From Paragordius varius (taxonomy: Eukaryota > Animalia > Nematomorpha), in the NCBI GenBank assembly GCA_964247055.1, contig OZ176051.1:4340001-4404000 (forward strand): a DNA stretch of 64,000 nucleotides. The letters run 5' to 3'. Position numbers and translations under genes: made by a program. Shown here in pieces: positions 60,429 to 64,000 of the stretch. The notes under the pieces are model-generated. The model ran no database searches. It was given only the letters and a program-made list of their open reading frames with translations, and had not been told where the DNA came from. Position 1 is the stretch's first letter, and each line of letters begins with the position of its first letter.

Positions 60429-62340
60429 TACCTTGTTACCATCGGATCCAGTTTTATTCGTAACATCTATAAAAAAATAAATTTTTAAATACTAACCAAT
60501 TTAATAAAGCATCACGATTTTTAAATAAATAAATATTTACCAGATTTAAGTCCCCCCAAAGAAGAATTCGAATTAAAGTTATGGTTGACATGCTATATAA
60601 GATATTTATAAATTAATTATTGTGGAATTATTTTATAATAAATATTTATCGCTAGAAATGTTGAAAAAAAAATAATTTACCATAGGTGGTAAAGTTCCTA
60701 ATCCATTTGCTGCATTCAATGTTGCTAAAATATATTGTGTATAAAATCGTAAAAAAATATGATAAAAATGGGTGATGGGTATAGATTTTTTTAACATTTA
60801 AAATTCAATATCATTCATAAAATAAGGCAAAAAAGGTAAACCAATAACTATATCATAGATAAACCATGTTTCATGCAAATAAATTAAATTTTTTAATTAA
60901 AGACAACCATTCTTTATATAAGGCAACAATTTCTGTTTTGAACTAACTTTTTCATTCAAGTTTTTACTTAAACTAAAGCGTAAAAAAACCTATTTTGCCC
61001 TTTTCCAACATCGTGTTACTGATGTTATTATTGTTAGGATCCATTAAAACTGAATTCATCATGCCAGGTAAAAGTTGATTCATAAAATACGCATTATTTG
61101 GAATATTTGAGGTACTGTTTGCCCCTATAAAATTTGTCGAAACCATATTATTAGATGGTATCAAGTTTTGATAATTACCCAAATTTAAATTTGCCATAAT
61201 GGGTTGTTTGTTCGCTAAACCGGTAGATGATACTAAAAATACAGTAAAAATGGAAAATATTTAAACATTTCATAAAAAAACAAAAACAACCATATAGTTT
61301 AAAGGTGTTGTTAATTAAGGAATCGATTGGAATTGGTAAATCACTCAGTTTATACCATTTTGTAATTATGTTGAAAATACAATGTTTAAAAGAGCTTCAG
61401 TTTTGTCTTTTAAATATTAATTATCTAACCATAACAATCAAGCAAGTTAAAACACTGAAAATTTAACATGCGAACATTTTTTCAAAATCAGAAAATGATG
61501 ACAAAATAATGATTTAAATAAAAAGGAAGAATGAATTCCTTCTTTTGTAAAATTAAATTGGTGTGGTTTATACCATTCGTATAATTAACGTCATTTTGCT
61601 GGTGTGTAGCCAAGATTTGGGAATTATTTTGTTGATGTTGTTGTTGATTTAAGATATGTAAGGAGTTTGTAAATTGGAAAAAGTCAAGGGGGAGACATTT
61701 AAATATTTGGCAATGTTCTTCAAACGTGTATGAAGTGGGCGGTAAAGATGGACCCGATCCTGCCTCCTAATAAAACGTAATAAAATAAAATTTATGAGTA
61801 TAAGGATTATTTTCTGCATAGTAAGCGATATTTATAGAATTAGAGTTATTAAACTTGTAACAACGTAGATTTTAAAATGTTATATTTCTGTTTAATACAT
61901 TTCTGAAAGAAATTGATTTAAAACGATAATGCAAAAAGTTTTTTACGTTTAATAACTTATTTAATTTTCCATTCAACTTAATATTTATCCAAAAAAATAA
62001 TGTATGAAAAATTATCTTACATAAAACGATATTTGAGGTGGTATGGGTTGGCCCATCATATTATATGTTGTTTGATGTGAAGGTTGATTTTCAAGTGTCG
62101 GTATTGATTGTTGCACGGGTACAGTCATTTGTGATTTATTGTTGTAATTTAGCTGGTTAGTTGTCGTAATCGAATTTAACGTATTTATATGGCGGCCATT
62201 ATTAATATAATCATTATTTGTTGGTAATGAATTTCTTTTATCATTATTGGTATTAAACTTTGTTGGGTGGTTGTCGGTTTCCATTGTTTTTAGTACATTT
62301 TGGGGTATTTTATTGGGCTGTAGGTTCAAAGTTGTGTTGA
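56808..62340 (-). CDS. Multi-exon Asn/Gln/Pro-rich low-complexity coding region (5' part of the RBMS gene, or a separate gene; start lies beyond 62340)
   Basis: Ten phase-consistent GT-AG exons: 62340-62021, 61766-61574, 61232-60990, 60724-60681, 60592-60541, 60466-60432, 59945-59497, 59228-58812, 58574-58372, 58090-57998. They can splice to 56887-56808 (ends in TGA) or to 55842-55756 and on to the RBMS exons. No recognisable folded domain. Confidence 0.65.
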
Positions 62341-62678
62341 CTATAGAAAATAATGTAAATATAATAAACAGTTAAAAAATAAATCGTGTTTTTATATGTA
62401 TTTAAAAGATTAATTTAATTTAAAACCACCTGAAAACCAGCTCATGGGTGTTTTAAAATGCCAAAATTTATTGAATGTATACAAAATGTTAACAAAGTAT
62501 GTAAGCTTACTATCAAAAGGACCAATGCCTAAAAATGATTGAAAATCAAAAAATGAATTTTAGATTGGTAATAAATAAAAAATTGGTTAAATGGATATTT
62601 AAAGCGAAAATCACAGTTTACAAAAAAGTTTTTTTTATAAAACTTCTCGTTACTAATATGCGATATTTAAATCCGATT

Positions 62679-62878
62679 NNNNNNNNNNNNNNNNNNNNNN
62701 NNNNNNNNNNNNNNNNNNNNNNNNNNNNNNNNNNNNNNNNNNNNNNNNNNNNNNNNNNNNNNNNNNNNNNNNNNNNNNNNNNNNNNNNNNNNNNNNNNNN
62801 NNNNNNNNNNNNNNNNNNNNNNNNNNNNNNNNNNNNNNNNNNNNNNNNNNNNNNNNNNNNNNNNNNNNNNNNNNNNNN
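62679..62878. other. Assembly gap (200 N)
   Basis: Run of N. Confidence 1.
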
Positions 62879-64000
62879 AATATTCAAATTATCAATTTTT
62901 TTATGTCCTTTCATTTTACAAAATATACACATTGATATAATATAGTAACGAGAGCTATTATTGGTCATTTCAGTCTCTTAATTGGCTTAATAAACATATT
63001 TGCTGATATGTTTAATTTTTATTTTAAGTAGTCGTCCTTAAAATTACTGTTACATTACAACAATGGAATATTCAATCTTTCAATTAAAAAAAAACGAAAA
63101 TAATTAAAATGAAAAATCTTAACAACTGACATGTAAATAACCCAAATAGCCATTCAAAATACCAAAATAAATGACAAATATTAGCTCTCGTTACTACGGT
63201 ATAAAGATAAATATCAATTTTGTTGTGTATACAAGCAACAATAATAAAAAAGTTACAAAAGTTTTGCCGTAAAATTTCATTACATAATAAAAATTAAATA
63301 CAAAATACATTCATTCCATTCCATAAAAGCCACATTATAATATAAGCAATAAAAATAATAATTATAATTATTATTATTATTATGTAATCGAAAAAATAAG
63401 ATATAAAAGTTTTACTTAAAGGAAAAAAAGGAAAGAAAAGGTATTTATTTTGCATTTTTTCATTACTACACTACTTGATTCATAAAACCTACCATTGTCG
63501 CTTTAATAATATTCCAGGAAACATTTATATGTGACAAAAATGAAAAAAAAAACATTTCATATTACTCATTACCAATAACAGTACAAAAATTTTTTGTATA
63601 AAATTAAAGCCAAAAACTAGACGAAATTTGATATATAATAATTTTAGATTATCGAAACATTTTTATCCTTAGAATTCTAGTAATATTACTAAAAATTAAA
63701 ACCGGAAACTATTTTTTTCGGAAAATATAGTTGTGGTGTCACTTTCTTATACCTTGTAACATAAAAATGTAAAATTGTACAACTAGAGATAAGATGTCTT
63801 ATCCCAACACAAATATGATAAGAATGTAATAATTAAATATTAGGTGCGGTTAATGCGTGTTTATAAATAAATAATCTTGAATATTATTTAGTTTTTTGGA
63901 TAAATATTTTAATTATATTACACTTTGAATATTTTATTTTGTAAAAAAAACTTGTTATATATTAAAGTTTTGAGAGAAAATTATTAAACTAAAACGATTC
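62879..64000 (+). repeat. Direct duplicate of 47512-48633 (RBMS intron) right after the gap
   Basis: Same sequence at offset 15367, from AATATTCAAATTATC to AAAACGATTC. No differences noticed by eye. Confidence 0.9.

Noticed and set aside
62535-62968. ORFs spanning the N run
   Set aside because: Artefacts of translating through the assembly gap.

Overview
Very AT-rich, transposon-dense eukaryotic (animal-type) DNA. Ultra-short 21-29 nt spliceosomal introns suggest a genome-reduced parasite such as a myxozoan cnidarian; this is inference only. Host genes: ANKMY2 (+, 7747-9081, 8 tiny introns) tail-to-tail with CCDC115/Vma22 (-, 9111-9527); a 26-exon 5-oxoprolinase OPLAH (+, 15747-38937); an RBMS/alan-shepard two-RRM gene (-, about 41054-49132); and an upstream run of Asn-rich exons (-, about 56808-62340) that is either its 5' part or a separate gene. 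The most striking object is in the last OPLAH intron: a 3.2-kb almost perfect palindrome (35639-38831) flanked by TA. It carries two identical, intact DD34E Tc1/IS630-type transposase genes head-to-head around a 79-bp spacer, each with a predicted host-style 22-nt intron. Non-autonomous relatives with the same TACCATTT ends and 21-bp subterminal arrays occur nearby. Other mobile elements: a Blackjack-like hAT nested in one of these MITEs, about 10 copies of a piggyBac-like TTAA MITE (one inside another), a 5'-truncated Penelope-like element with inverted terminal arms and hammerhead-like motifs, and a degenerate tandem repeat family. There is a 200-N gap at 62679-62878, followed by a duplicate of 47512-48633. 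All exon structures were worked out by hand from splice signals and protein motifs.
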